A stretch of 64,000 nt of DNA, from the NCBI GenBank assembly GCA_031381645.1, contig JANMYB010000044.1, positions 8,842 through 72,841 of the forward strand. Reading direction: 5' to 3'. Below, one piece after another: positions 47,330 to 55,966 of this stretch (positions are counted from its first letter, which is position 1; each line of letters begins with the position of its first letter). The translations under genes and the position numbers were made by a program. Under the pieces are notes generated by a model that was given only the letters and a program-made list of their open reading frames with translations, was not told the origin of the DNA and searched no databases. Origin of the DNA: Methylotenera sp. (GTDB lineage: Bacteria; Pseudomonadota; Gammaproteobacteria; Burkholderiales; Methylophilaceae).

Positions 47330-49879
47330 TTATTTTTTGCCAGTTACTTTTTTTACAGCAGGCTTTTTACTAGAAGGTTTTTTAGCAACAGTTTTTTTAG
47401 CGAATGTTTTTTTACCACCAGTTTTACCACTAGTTTCATCTTTTGCTGCTTTTTCAGCCAACAATCCTAGTGCTTCTTCCATTGTCAAGCTTTCAGGCTC
47501 TATGCTTTTTGGTATGGTTGCACGAGTTTTGGCATGTTGCACATAAGGTCCATAGCGACCAGCAAACACTTCAACGCGGCCTTCGCCACTAGGATGTGCG
47601 CCTAGCTCTAGTATCGGCGCGGGGCCAGTATTGGTGGCGGCTAGCAGGGCAACAGCGCTTACGTTATCAATGCGAAACACACTTTCAGATTTCGGGATAG
47701 ATTTAAACTTACCATCGTGATTCACATAAGGGCCAAATCGGCCAATATTCGCCACGATTTTTTTGTTAGTCTCAGGATGTAAGCCTAAATCACGCGGCAG
47801 TGATAGCAGCATATTAGCAGTGTCAATATTGATATCTGCTAGCGCAATTTCTTTGGGAATACTTACACGTTTTGGTTTTTTCTTGTCGCCTTCAATTGCC
47901 AAGCCAAGCTGTAAATACGGGCCATACGGACCATTCATTAAGTAAATTTCTTTGCTAGAGTCTGCATCTACACCGATTGTCACAGGGTCTGCACCTGCTT
48001 GTGCCGCGCCATTCATACTGCGCTTGTAATCACATTTTGGCTCGTCGTTATAACCGGTACAGCCAATAAATGTACCGTAGCGACTTAATTGTTTTTGCAG
48101 TGACTTGCCACATTTTGGGCAAGCTTCGTCAATGAGTTCGTTGCCAGGTCTGTCAACGTTCGCTTTGCTGAGCAATTGCGTGTTGAAACCTTGCCAAAAT
48201 TCGTCCATAAGCGGAATCCACTCGCGCGAGCCATCTGCCACGCTATCCAGCGCATTTTCTAGGTTTGCAGTGAAATCATAATCCACATATTTGGTGAAAT
48301 GCTCGGTTAAAAATTTGTTTACAACTCGGCCAACATCGGTCGGCGTAAAGCGTTTTTTATCTAATAGCACATATTCACGGTCTTGTAGTGTGCTGATAAT
48401 GCTGGCGTATGTAGAAGGGCGGCCAATACCGTATTCTTCTAAAATTTTCACCAAACTTGCCTCACCATAACGCGGTGGCGGTTCGGTAAAATGCTGGTCG
48501 CCATAGATTTTCTCTACGTTCAAGATCTCGCCAGTTTCTAAATGCGGTAGTTTGCTTTCACCTTCTTCTTCCTCATCATCGCGGCCTTCCATATATACCG
48601 CGATAAAGCCTGGGAATACAAGCGTTTGGCCAGTGGCGCGAAATAAATTGGCCTCAGAGCTAACCGCTAAATCAACACTCACCGCATCAAATTTGGCAGG
48701 TGACATTTGGCAAGCCAGACTGCGTTTCCAAATCATTTCATAGAGCTTAAATTGCTCGTCGTTCAAGTATTGACGCATCTTAGCAGGCGCGCGGTTAATG
48801 TCGGTCGGGCGAATCGCCTCATGTGCTTCTTGCGCATTTTTGGCTTTGGTTTTGTACATAATGGGCGATTTTGGTAAATAATCCGCCTCAAAATTCTTCT
48901 TCACATAATCGCGAATGCTCATCACTGCTTCGGTCGCCAAACTAAACGAATCGGTACGCATATAAGTAATCAAGCCAACCGTGCCAGAGCCAATATCCAC
49001 GCCCTCGTACAACTGTTGGGCGACTCTCATCGCGCGTGAGGTCGTAAAGCCAAGTTTACGCACCGCCTCTTGTTGCAGCGTAGAAGTCGTAAACGGCGCG
49101 GCGGGGCTGCGGCTACGTTGTTTCTTTTCAACACGCGAAACTGTGGTTTTGCCCGCACTTGCAATCAATAGCTTGCCAACAATCTCAGCTTGTCGGTCGT
49201 GATTGATGACCGTAAATTGTTCAACTTTTTCACCATTAAACTGAATCAATTTGGCATTAAAGCTGTGTGCGTGTTTTAACGCATCTAGATGAATTGTCCA
49301 ATACTCCTGACTTTTAAAAGCTTCAATTTCCAGTTCTCGCTCGACTATCAGGCGTAGCGCAGGACTTTGTACTCGACCTGCAGAAAGACCTCGGCGGATT
49401 TTTTTCCAAAGTAGCGGAGACAAGTTAAAGCCGACCAAATAATCTAATGCACGGCGCGCTTGTTGCGCATTCACCAAGTTCATCGCAATATCGCGCGGAT
49501 GATCAATCGCATGTTTTACCGCGGTTTGCGTAATCTCGTTAAACTCTACGCGCTTGAGTAATTTATTTTTAAGTAAGTTTTTGGATTGCAGAATTTCCGC
49601 AATATGCCAAGAAATCGCCTCACCTTCGCGGTCTGGGTCGGTTGCAAGGTAAATGCTATCAGCACTTTTTACCGCTTTGGTAATCGCATCCATGTGCTTG
49701 GCATTGCGCTCAATAACGTCGTACTTCATGGCGAAATGATTGGCAGGATCAACTGCTCCATTTTTGGGGATTAAGTCACGAACATGCCCATACGAAGCCA
49801 ACACCTCGAAATCATTGCCGAGATATTTTTTAAGCGTTTTAGCTTTAGAAGGCGATTCAACAATCAATAATTTGGACAT
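47330..49879 (-). CDS. topA: DNA topoisomerase I
   Basis: TOPRIM N-terminus, catalytic Tyr region (ITYMRTDS), C-terminal zinc fingers, and a Lys-rich tail. Confidence 0.95.
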   Translation of the reverse strand: MSKLLIVESPSKAKTLKKYLGNDFEVLASYGHVRDLIPKNGAVDPANHFAMKYDVIERNAKHMDAITKAVKSADSIYLATDPDREGEAISWHIAEILQSKNLLKNKLLKRVEFNEITQTAVKHAIDHPRDIAMNLVNAQQARRALDYLVGFNLSPLLWKKIRRGLSAGRVQSPALRLIVERELEIEAFKSQEYWTIHLDALKHAHSFNAKLIQFNGEKVEQFTVINHDRQAEIVGKLLIASAGKTTVSRVEKKQRSRSPAAPFTTSTLQQEAVRKLGFTTSRAMRVAQQLYEGVDIGSGTVGLITYMRTDSFSLATEAVMSIRDYVKKNFEADYLPKSPIMYKTKAKNAQEAHEAIRPTDINRAPAKMRQYLNDEQFKLYEMIWKRSLACQMSPAKFDAVSVDLAVSSEANLFRATGQTLVFPGFIAVYMEGRDDEEEEGESKLPHLETGEILNVEKIYGDQHFTEPPPRYGEASLVKILEEYGIGRPSTYASIISTLQDREYVLLDKKRFTPTDVGRVVNKFLTEHFTKYVDYDFTANLENALDSVADGSREWIPLMDEFWQGFNTQLLSKANVDRPGNELIDEACPKCGKSLQKQLSRYGTFIGCTGYNDEPKCDYKRSMNGAAQAGADPVTIGVDADSSKEIYLMNGPYGPYLQLGLAIEGDKKKPKRVSIPKEIALADINIDTANMLLSLPRDLGLHPETNKKIVANIGRFGPYVNHDGKFKSIPKSESVFRIDNVSAVALLAATNTGPAPILELGAHPSGEGRVEVFAGRYGPYVQHAKTRATIPKSIEPESLTMEEALGLLAEKAAKDETSGKTGGKKTFAKKTVAKKPSSKKPAVKKVTGKK

Positions 49880-49982
49880 TTAAACCTTGAATTTAAGTGC
49901 GACTCATTTGAAATTGGCTAGATAATAGCAAGCTAATTGGTGATAAGACAATAAGCCTTTGAATAAATATGGTGTTTGATGA

Positions 49983-50885
49983 TCAATTACGGGTAAATTC
50001 TATGCGCTTTCCATCGTTGCTGGCAATGCTCAACGCCGCGCCATCATTGGCAATATCCCCAAATAGCGGATCATCATCTTCAGCTTTTGCCTGACTTAAG
50101 CCCTTAAAGTCATACAAATCAAAATCAGCCAAGTGAGAGGGTTCGACATTAGCGATGGCACGGAAGATATTATTGATGCGGCCGGGTTGCTCACGTTCCC
50201 ATGCTTGCAACATGTCTTTCACTTTTTGGCGCTGAAGATTTTCTTGGCTGCCACATAAATCGCACGGAATGATGGGGAACTCCATTTGTCGCGCATAGCT
50301 GGCAATATCTTTCTCACTGCAATATGCCAACGGGCGGATGACGATATTTTGCTTGTCATTAGTCGCCAATTTAGGTGGCATGGCTTTGAGTTTTGCGCCA
50401 AAAAACATATTTAAAAAAAGCGTTTCCACAATATCATCCCTATGATGCCCAAGAGCTATTTTATTAGCACCCAGTGCTTTGGCGGTGGTGTATATAATGC
50501 CGCGCCGCAAGCGGCTGCAAAGACTGCAAGTTGTCGCGCCTTCAGGAATTTTCTCTTTCACAACCGAGTAAGTGTCAGCCTCGACTATGCGGTAATCGAT
50601 ACCTAAACTTTTAAAATATTCTGGCAAAATATGTTCAGGGAAATTTGGTTGTTTTTGATCTAAATTCATCGCGATGAGTTTAAAGTCAATTGGCGCACGC
50701 TCTTGCAGTGCCAGCAATATCATCAGCATAGTGTAACTATCTTTGCCGCCGCTCATGCACACCAAAACCGTGTCGCCGTCTTCAATCATGTTGTAATCAC
50801 CAATGGCCTTGCCCGTGGCGCTTATTAAGCCGTTGCGCAACTTGATGAAGTTGTTAGAGTGATTGTCGGGTAAATGTTTGATCAT
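49983..50885 (-). CDS. ttcA: tRNA 2-thiocytidine(32) synthetase
   Basis: SGGKDS PP-loop and CSLCSR / CDLCG Cys motifs. Confidence 0.92.
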   Translation of the reverse strand: MIKHLPDNHSNNFIKLRNGLISATGKAIGDYNMIEDGDTVLVCMSGGKDSYTMLMILLALQERAPIDFKLIAMNLDQKQPNFPEHILPEYFKSLGIDYRIVEADTYSVVKEKIPEGATTCSLCSRLRRGIIYTTAKALGANKIALGHHRDDIVETLFLNMFFGAKLKAMPPKLATNDKQNIVIRPLAYCSEKDIASYARQMEFPIIPCDLCGSQENLQRQKVKDMLQAWEREQPGRINNIFRAIANVEPSHLADFDLYDFKGLSQAKAEDDDPLFGDIANDGAALSIASNDGKRIEFTRN

Positions 50886-50978
50886 TTTCGATAAGTTTTT
50901 ATATTTAGAAATAACTGTACGCCAAGTTAAGCTATTGCATACAAAATATAACTATGTTAGCTTTATCCAATTGATTAT

Positions 50979-51069
50979 AAAAGGGAAAGCCCAGCACTAG
51001 GCTGGGCTTGGATACAGAATCTTTCGATTCTTTATTGTAACAACGGCTCTCACCCCAGATGGCTACAAC
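50979..51069 (-). ncRNA. tracrRNA: tracrRNA (type II-C)
   Basis: Minus strand reads GTTGTAGCCATCTGGGGTGAGAGCCGTTGTTACAAT (anti-repeat; 18 contiguous bp plus 8 bp pair with the lone repeat). It continues AAAGAATCGAAAGATTCTGT (GAAA-loop hairpin), then GCCCAGC-CTAGT-GCTGGGC, then TTTCCCTTTT (terminator). Confidence 0.75.
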
Positions 51070-51075
51070 AGCCTA

Positions 51076-51104
51076 ATAATAAGGAAGAACAACATGCAAA
51101 GCAA
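51076..51104 (-). promoter_or_regulatory. Predicted tracrRNA promoter overlapping the cas9 RBS and start codon
   Basis: On the minus strand: TTGCTT (51104-51099), 17 nt, TATTAT (51081-76), 6 nt, then the G of GTTGTAGCC. Prediction only. Confidence 0.35.
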
Positions 51105-54100
51105 GCAGAATTTTGGCAACCTTACTTTCGGTTTTGATATTGGCATTGCTTCGGTGGGTTGGGCGGTGTTGAGTGAAACACGGATTGTGGACTTGGGTGT
51201 ACGGGCTTTTGATAAAGCCGAAACCGCCAAAGAGGGCGAATCGCTTAACTTGGCAAGGCGCACTGCAAGGCTGATGCGCCGCCGTTTGCGCCGCAGGGCG
51301 TGGCGATTAACCAAAGTTGCACGTTTGCTAAAAAAGCATGATGTTATTAGCGATGTTGCGTTGTTTAGACCCGAAAATCCATTTGCAACTTCATTGTGGG
51401 AGTTACGTAAACAAGGTTTAGACCGATTATTAGATGCTGAAGAATGGGCGCGGGTGATTTATCACTTATGCAAGCATCGTGGTTTTCATTGGGTGAGTAA
51501 AGCCGAAAAACTAAAAGATGACGATAGTGCAGGTGAAACTGGCAAAGTTAAAAAAGGCTTAGCAGCAACCAATAGGTTAATGAAAGATAAAGGTTACCGT
51601 ACGGCGGCTGAAATGGTGCTGGCAGAGTTTCCACAAGCGCAGCGCAACAAACAAGGCGAGTACAGCAAGGCGCTTGAGCGTGAGTTATTAAGCCTTGAGT
51701 TTACAGAGCTGTTCAGACAGCAACGTGCATTTAATAATTCACATGTTTCTGCTGAATTAGAAGCTAAATTATTAGACCGCAAAACAGGTTTGTTTTGGGC
51801 GCAAAAGCCATCGTTGTCGGGTGAAGATTTGCTTAAAATGTTGGGAAAATGCACGTTTGAGAAAGCCGAATATCGTGCGCCTAAAGCCAGCTTCACGGCG
51901 GAGCGGCATGTTTGGCTTACTGTATTAAACAATAATATCAAAATTACAGTTGATGGCATCACGCGCCTACTTAACGAGGCAGAACGAAAAATTGCCTTAT
52001 CTTTACCTTATAGCTATGCCGATGGTGAGTTAACTTATAAGCAGTTGGGCGCAGCACTTGTTAATGAGTCACTTCTTAGCAAAGGTCAATTTACATTTGC
52101 AGGTTTAGCTTATCCCAGTGAAAAGCAGAAAACCGAAGAAAAAGCTAAAAACCCTGAAGAAAAAACAATCATTAAAATGACTGGGTGGAAAGAGTTACAA
52201 AAAGCTTTAAAAGATGGCTTAGAAACCGAATGGCAAGGCATGGTGAATGCCGCAATGGCTGGTGATGCAAGCTTGCTAGACCAAATTGCATGGGTGCTAA
52301 GCATTTATAAAGAAGACGATGAGGTTGAGCGTGAGCTGAATAAGCTCAACCTGCCCAATAAAGCCAAAATGGTAGAAGCATTATTAGGTGTTCGCTTTGA
52401 AAAGTTTAGCAATTTATCACTCAAAGCACTTTGTAAAATTGTGCCACACATGCAGCAAGGCTTGCGCTATGACGAAGCTTGCTTGCTGGCGGGTTATCAC
52501 CATAGCCAGCTGGTTAAAGCAGATGATGAAAAGCTGCATTATTTACCACCGTTTTATAGCACACGAGATAAAACAGGCAAGTTACTTTTTAACGAGGATT
52601 TAGATATTCCGCGCAATCCCGTTGTGCTTCGTGCTTTAAATCAAGCCCGAAAGGTAATGAATGCTTTAATCAAAACTTACGGCGCACCACATCAAGTGAA
52701 TATTGAAATGGCGCGAGACTTGTCACGACCCTTGAATGGACACTGGACTGATGCTGGGGATTACATAGACGGTCGTAGAGATATTCAGAAAAAACAAGAA
52801 GAGTTTAGAGACCGAAATGCAAGAGACCGTGCAATGTTTAATGTGGAATTTAACACCACAGGCGAGTTAAAAGGTAAAGATTTTGAAAAATATCAGCTAT
52901 ACCGCGAGCAACAAGGTAAGTGTGCTTATTCCATCGAGCCAATTGATTTAAATAACTTATTTGATTTAGGTTATGTGGAGATTGACCACGCACTGCCTTA
53001 CTCTCGTAGCTTTGATGACAGCAAAAATAACCGCGTATTGGTGCACGCAAAAGAAAATCGTAACAAAGGTAATCGCACGCCTTTTGAGTATCTTGATGGC
53101 GTGAATGATAGTGAGCGCTGGCGCAATTTTGCAGCATTTGTAAACACCAACAAAACGTATCGCCAAGCCAAGCGCAACAAGCTTTTGCGTAAAGATTTTG
53201 GTGCAAAAGAAGCAGAGGCCTTTCGTGACCGCAACCTTAACGACACACGCTATATTTGCAAATTCTTTAAAAATTACGTTGAGCAATTTTTGCAACTGAG
53301 CGACGCCAGCGAATCTAAACGCTGTGTGGTACTAAGCGGGCAAATGACAGCCTTTTTACGTAATCACTGGCGTTTAACAAAAGTCCGCGCTGAAAGTGAC
53401 CGCCACCATGCGCTAGATGCTGCTGTAGTGGCGGCTTGTAGCCATAGCATGGTGAAGCGTTTATCTGATTATTCACGCCGCAAAGAGTTAGACAAAGTGA
53501 GCGAAGGCTTTGTAGATGTGGAAACAGGCGAAATAGTGAATTCAGCCATGTATCAGCAGTTAAAAGAACACTTCCCTAAACCTTGGGCGCGTTTTAGTGA
53601 AGAGTTAGAAACAAGACGGTTGGTTGATGATGTAGAAGCAATGCGAGCTGAAATAGCCAATTTAGGCACGTATTCTAAGGATGACATTGCCGCATTAAAG
53701 CCTTTATTTGTATCGCGCGCACCACAACGCCGAAACAGTGGTGCAGCGCACAAAGAAACTATCTATGGGCAAACCGAGCGTTTGGCAAAAACCAATAGCG
53801 TCACGCAAAAAGTTGCCGTTACTAGTTTGACGCTGAAAGACATAGATAAGCTTATAGACCCGCACCGTAATGAAAAACTTTATGCGGCGATTGCAAAATG
53901 GTTAGAGGGTAAAGATGCACGCGAAAAACATGCTAAAGAGATAGAAGCAAGTTTAGGGCGAGGAAAAGAAAAGCGTTCGATGACGGCGGAAGAACAAGCA
54001 GAGATTACACGCTTACGTGAGTTGCCGCGCAAACCCACTAACGACGACAGGTTAGGCCCCATTGTGCGTACCGTGACTACGGTGATTGATAAGTTGTCTG

Positions 54101-54558
54101 GTATTCCGATTCGTAACGGCGTGGCTAAGAATGACAGCATGCTGCGGGTGGATGTGTTTACTAAGGCGGGTAAGTTTCACCTAGTGCCTGTTTATGTGCA
54201 TCATGCACTAGCAAAAGACATAAAGGACTTACCTAATCGGGCGGTTGTGGCGTTTAAAGACGAAGCAGAGTGGACGTTGATAGATGGCAGCTTTGCATTT
54301 TGTTTTTCGCTTTATCCTAATGACTTTGTTCGCATTAGCCAAAAAGGTAAACCGCCAATTACTGGTTATTACAGCAGCTGTCATCGAGGCACAGGTAGTT
54401 TAAATATCTGGGCGCATGACCGCAATAAGCTAGTTGGTAAAGAAGGAATAATTGAAGGGATTGGCGTTAAAACTGCGCTGGCACTAGAAAAATTTAACGT
54501 TGATGTCTTAGGCAATCTCTACCCATCCCCCAAAGAAGAACGTCGTGGTCTGGCGTAG
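51094..54558 (+). CDS. cas9: Cas9 endonuclease, type II-C (1154 aa)
   Basis: RuvC-I FGFDIGIASVGWAV (Asp15); Arg-rich bridge helix ARRTARLMRRRLRRRAWRL; HNH EIDHALPYS..NNRVLV..NRNKGNRTPFEY (His codon at 52987-52989); RuvC-III DRHHALDAAVVA. Followed only by cas1 and cas2. Confidence 0.95.
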   Translation: MQSKQNFGNLTFGFDIGIASVGWAVLSETRIVDLGVRAFDKAETAKEGESLNLARRTARLMRRRLRRRAWRLTKVARLLKKHDVISDVALFRPENPFATSLWELRKQGLDRLLDAEEWARVIYHLCKHRGFHWVSKAEKLKDDDSAGETGKVKKGLAATNRLMKDKGYRTAAEMVLAEFPQAQRNKQGEYSKALERELLSLEFTELFRQQRAFNNSHVSAELEAKLLDRKTGLFWAQKPSLSGEDLLKMLGKCTFEKAEYRAPKASFTAERHVWLTVLNNNIKITVDGITRLLNEAERKIALSLPYSYADGELTYKQLGAALVNESLLSKGQFTFAGLAYPSEKQKTEEKAKNPEEKTIIKMTGWKELQKALKDGLETEWQGMVNAAMAGDASLLDQIAWVLSIYKEDDEVERELNKLNLPNKAKMVEALLGVRFEKFSNLSLKALCKIVPHMQQGLRYDEACLLAGYHHSQLVKADDEKLHYLPPFYSTRDKTGKLLFNEDLDIPRNPVVLRALNQARKVMNALIKTYGAPHQVNIEMARDLSRPLNGHWTDAGDYIDGRRDIQKKQEEFRDRNARDRAMFNVEFNTTGELKGKDFEKYQLYREQQGKCAYSIEPIDLNNLFDLGYVEIDHALPYSRSFDDSKNNRVLVHAKENRNKGNRTPFEYLDGVNDSERWRNFAAFVNTNKTYRQAKRNKLLRKDFGAKEAEAFRDRNLNDTRYICKFFKNYVEQFLQLSDASESKRCVVLSGQMTAFLRNHWRLTKVRAESDRHHALDAAVVAACSHSMVKRLSDYSRRKELDKVSEGFVDVETGEIVNSAMYQQLKEHFPKPWARFSEELETRRLVDDVEAMRAEIANLGTYSKDDIAALKPLFVSRAPQRRNSGAAHKETIYGQTERLAKTNSVTQKVAVTSLTLKDIDKLIDPHRNEKLYAAIAKWLEGKDAREKHAKEIEASLGRGKEKRSMTAEEQAEITRLRELPRKPTNDDRLGPIVRTVTTVIDKLSGIPIRNGVAKNDSMLRVDVFTKAGKFHLVPVYVHHALAKDIKDLPNRAVVAFKDEAEWTLIDGSFAFCFSLYPNDFVRISQKGKPPITGYYSSCHRGTGSLNIWAHDRNKLVGKEGIIEGIGVKTALALEKFNVDVLGNLYPSPKEERRGLA

Positions 54559-55459
54559 CGTTGTTATCTCGCAGCCCGCCAAGCTTAAACGCGAGCATTT
54601 TTCGCTGGTGATTGAGCAGGCGCAGTCTGCCCGCGTGCCGTTTGAAGATATTGCGGTGATTGTGCTGAATAATCGTGAAATAACGCTTACGCACCCCGTA
54701 TTATCTGCCTGTGCAGAATATGGCATTGCGCTGTATTCCACGGGTGATAATCATCAGCCCAATGGCGTGTTTTTGCCGTTTTTAAGCCACAGCCGTGCTA
54801 CTCGTATGATGCGTTTGCAGTTAGGTATTGATAAACCGCAAACTAAACGTGCGTGGGCAATCGTTGTAAAAGTTAAAATTAGTAACCAAGCAATCTGCTT
54901 AAAATTAGCCAAAAAAGGAGATTTTGAGCGGCTAGAATCTTACGCTAGCCGTGTGCGCTCGGGTGATACAGAGAATATGGAGGCGCAAGCCAGCAGCTAT
55001 TATTTTCCGCAATTGTTTGGCAAAGGTTTTAATCGCGCGCAGGAGTGCTGGGTAAACGCCATGCTAGATTATGGTTATGCCATTATGCGCGGCGCAATTA
55101 CTCGTGCATTGGTAGCGCATGGCTTTCAGCCCAATATTGGCTTGTTTCACCGCAGTGAGCAAAATGCCTTTAACTTGGCCGATGACGTAATTGAGCCTTA
55201 TCGCGCCCTGGTGGATTTGCACGTATTTAGTGTGTTAAATCCGCATGCAGACCCGTTAGCTGAATTAAAGCCCACCGATAAAACCGCCTTAGTGGCACTG
55301 TTAAACACAGATATAAAAATGCCGCGCGGCAATATGAGCGTGCTGGCAAGCATAGAGCAAGTGACAGAATCGTTGCTAAGGCTTTTTGAGGGCGGTAATG
55401 AGAGTGTATTAGAGTTGCCAACTTTAATTGGCTTGCAGCAGCATGAGTTTGAAATGTAG
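54545..55459 (+). CDS. cas1: Cas1 integrase
   Basis: GTG start overlapping the cas9 end by 14 nt. Type II Cas1 pattern (..NAMLDYGYAIMRG..GLFH..NAFNLADD..EPYR). Confidence 0.92.
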   Translation: MVWRSVVISQPAKLKREHFSLVIEQAQSARVPFEDIAVIVLNNREITLTHPVLSACAEYGIALYSTGDNHQPNGVFLPFLSHSRATRMMRLQLGIDKPQTKRAWAIVVKVKISNQAICLKLAKKGDFERLESYASRVRSGDTENMEAQASSYYFPQLFGKGFNRAQECWVNAMLDYGYAIMRGAITRALVAHGFQPNIGLFHRSEQNAFNLADDVIEPYRALVDLHVFSVLNPHADPLAELKPTDKTALVALLNTDIKMPRGNMSVLASIEQVTESLLRLFEGGNESVLELPTLIGLQQHEFEM

Positions 55460-55470
55460 CGCAGTTTAAA

Positions 55471-55803
55471 ATGGGTAGTGAGACCAGAAGATATATGCGC
55501 TTAATGGTATTTTTTGATTTACCAACAGTGACTAAAACTGAGCGCCGTGCTTATACGCTATTTCGTCGTTTCTTGCTTAACGATGGTTTTGATATGATTC
55601 AATTTTCTGTGTATGGGCGCATTTTAAATGGCCGCGATGCTGAAACTAAGCATTTACAGCGTTTAGTAAGTAATTTGCCACCAGAGGGTTCAGTGAAGGT
55701 TTTAACGGTAACCGAAAAGCAATACGCCAGCATGAAGCTATTGGTTGGTTTACCACTTTTTCAAGAAAAAACCGTTAAAGCGAATCAAATGTTGCTGTTT
55801 TGA
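55471..55803 (+). CDS. cas2: Cas2
   Basis: YMRLMVFFDLP..FSVYGRIL ferredoxin-like Cas2 pattern. About 110 aa. Confidence 0.9.
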   Translation: MGSETRRYMRLMVFFDLPTVTKTERRAYTLFRRFLLNDGFDMIQFSVYGRILNGRDAETKHLQRLVSNLPPEGSVKVLTVTEKQYASMKLLVGLPLFQEKTVKANQMLLF

Positions 55804-55811
55804 AGTGGGTT

Positions 55812-55851
55812 TTAGCAAAAGAAAACCGCGCTAAGCTAAGCCTAACGCGGT
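55812..55851 (-). terminator. Minus-strand intrinsic terminator immediately downstream of the lone repeat
   Basis: On the minus strand: ACCGCG-15 nt-CGCGGT followed by TTTTCTTTT. Confidence 0.5.
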
Positions 55852-55865
55852 ATCTGTGAGAGCCT

Positions 55866-55902
55866 ATTATAAGCCATCTGGGGTGAGAGAGGGAGCTACA
55901 AC
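55866..55902 (-). CRISPR. Single orphan type II-C CRISPR repeat (no spacer, no second repeat)
   Basis: Minus strand reads GTTGTAGCTCCCTCTCTCACCCCAGATGGCTTATAAT. It is complementary to the tracrRNA anti-repeat. Its first 12 nt equal the Neisseria meningitidis II-C repeat as I recall it. It ends in TATAAT. Confidence 0.75.
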
Positions 55903-55915
55903 CTTGGCATGCCAT

Positions 55916-55959
55916 GCCCAATTAATTTTTTGAGATTTATCTCTAAAAATTAATTGGGC
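55916..55959. repeat. 44-bp near-perfect palindrome (hairpin/terminator) between the repeat and the reductase gene
   Basis: GCCCAATTAATTTTTTGAGAT TT ATCTCTAAAAATTAATTGGGC, with one mismatch. A T-run follows on the plus strand. Confidence 0.65.
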
Positions 55960-55966
55960 TAATTTT

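Noticed and set aside
51034-51069. Considered whether this 36-nt GTTGTAGC...TTACAAT-like segment upstream of cas9 is a second CRISPR repeat, which would imply a split array.
   Set aside because: Its central 18 nt are the reverse complement of the repeat core on the same strand, not a copy of it. A nexus-like hairpin and a terminator follow it directly. It is the tracrRNA anti-repeat.
55846-55865. Possible degenerate second repeat immediately after the lone repeat. The minus strand reads GGCTCTCACAGATACC, which echoes CTCTCAC(CCC)AGATGG.
   Set aside because: Only about 11 nt match, with a 3-nt gap. The offset from the real repeat core is about 26 nt rather than the roughly 66 nt of a repeat-plus-spacer unit. 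The segment also overlaps the terminator stem. I cannot tell it apart from chance or a small duplication scar.
55903-55918. TGGCATGCCATGCCCA resembles a sigma-54 -24/-12 element.
   Set aside because: The GG-to-GC spacing is 10 rather than 12, and there is no TTGC -12 box. The resemblance comes from the GGCATGCC palindrome.
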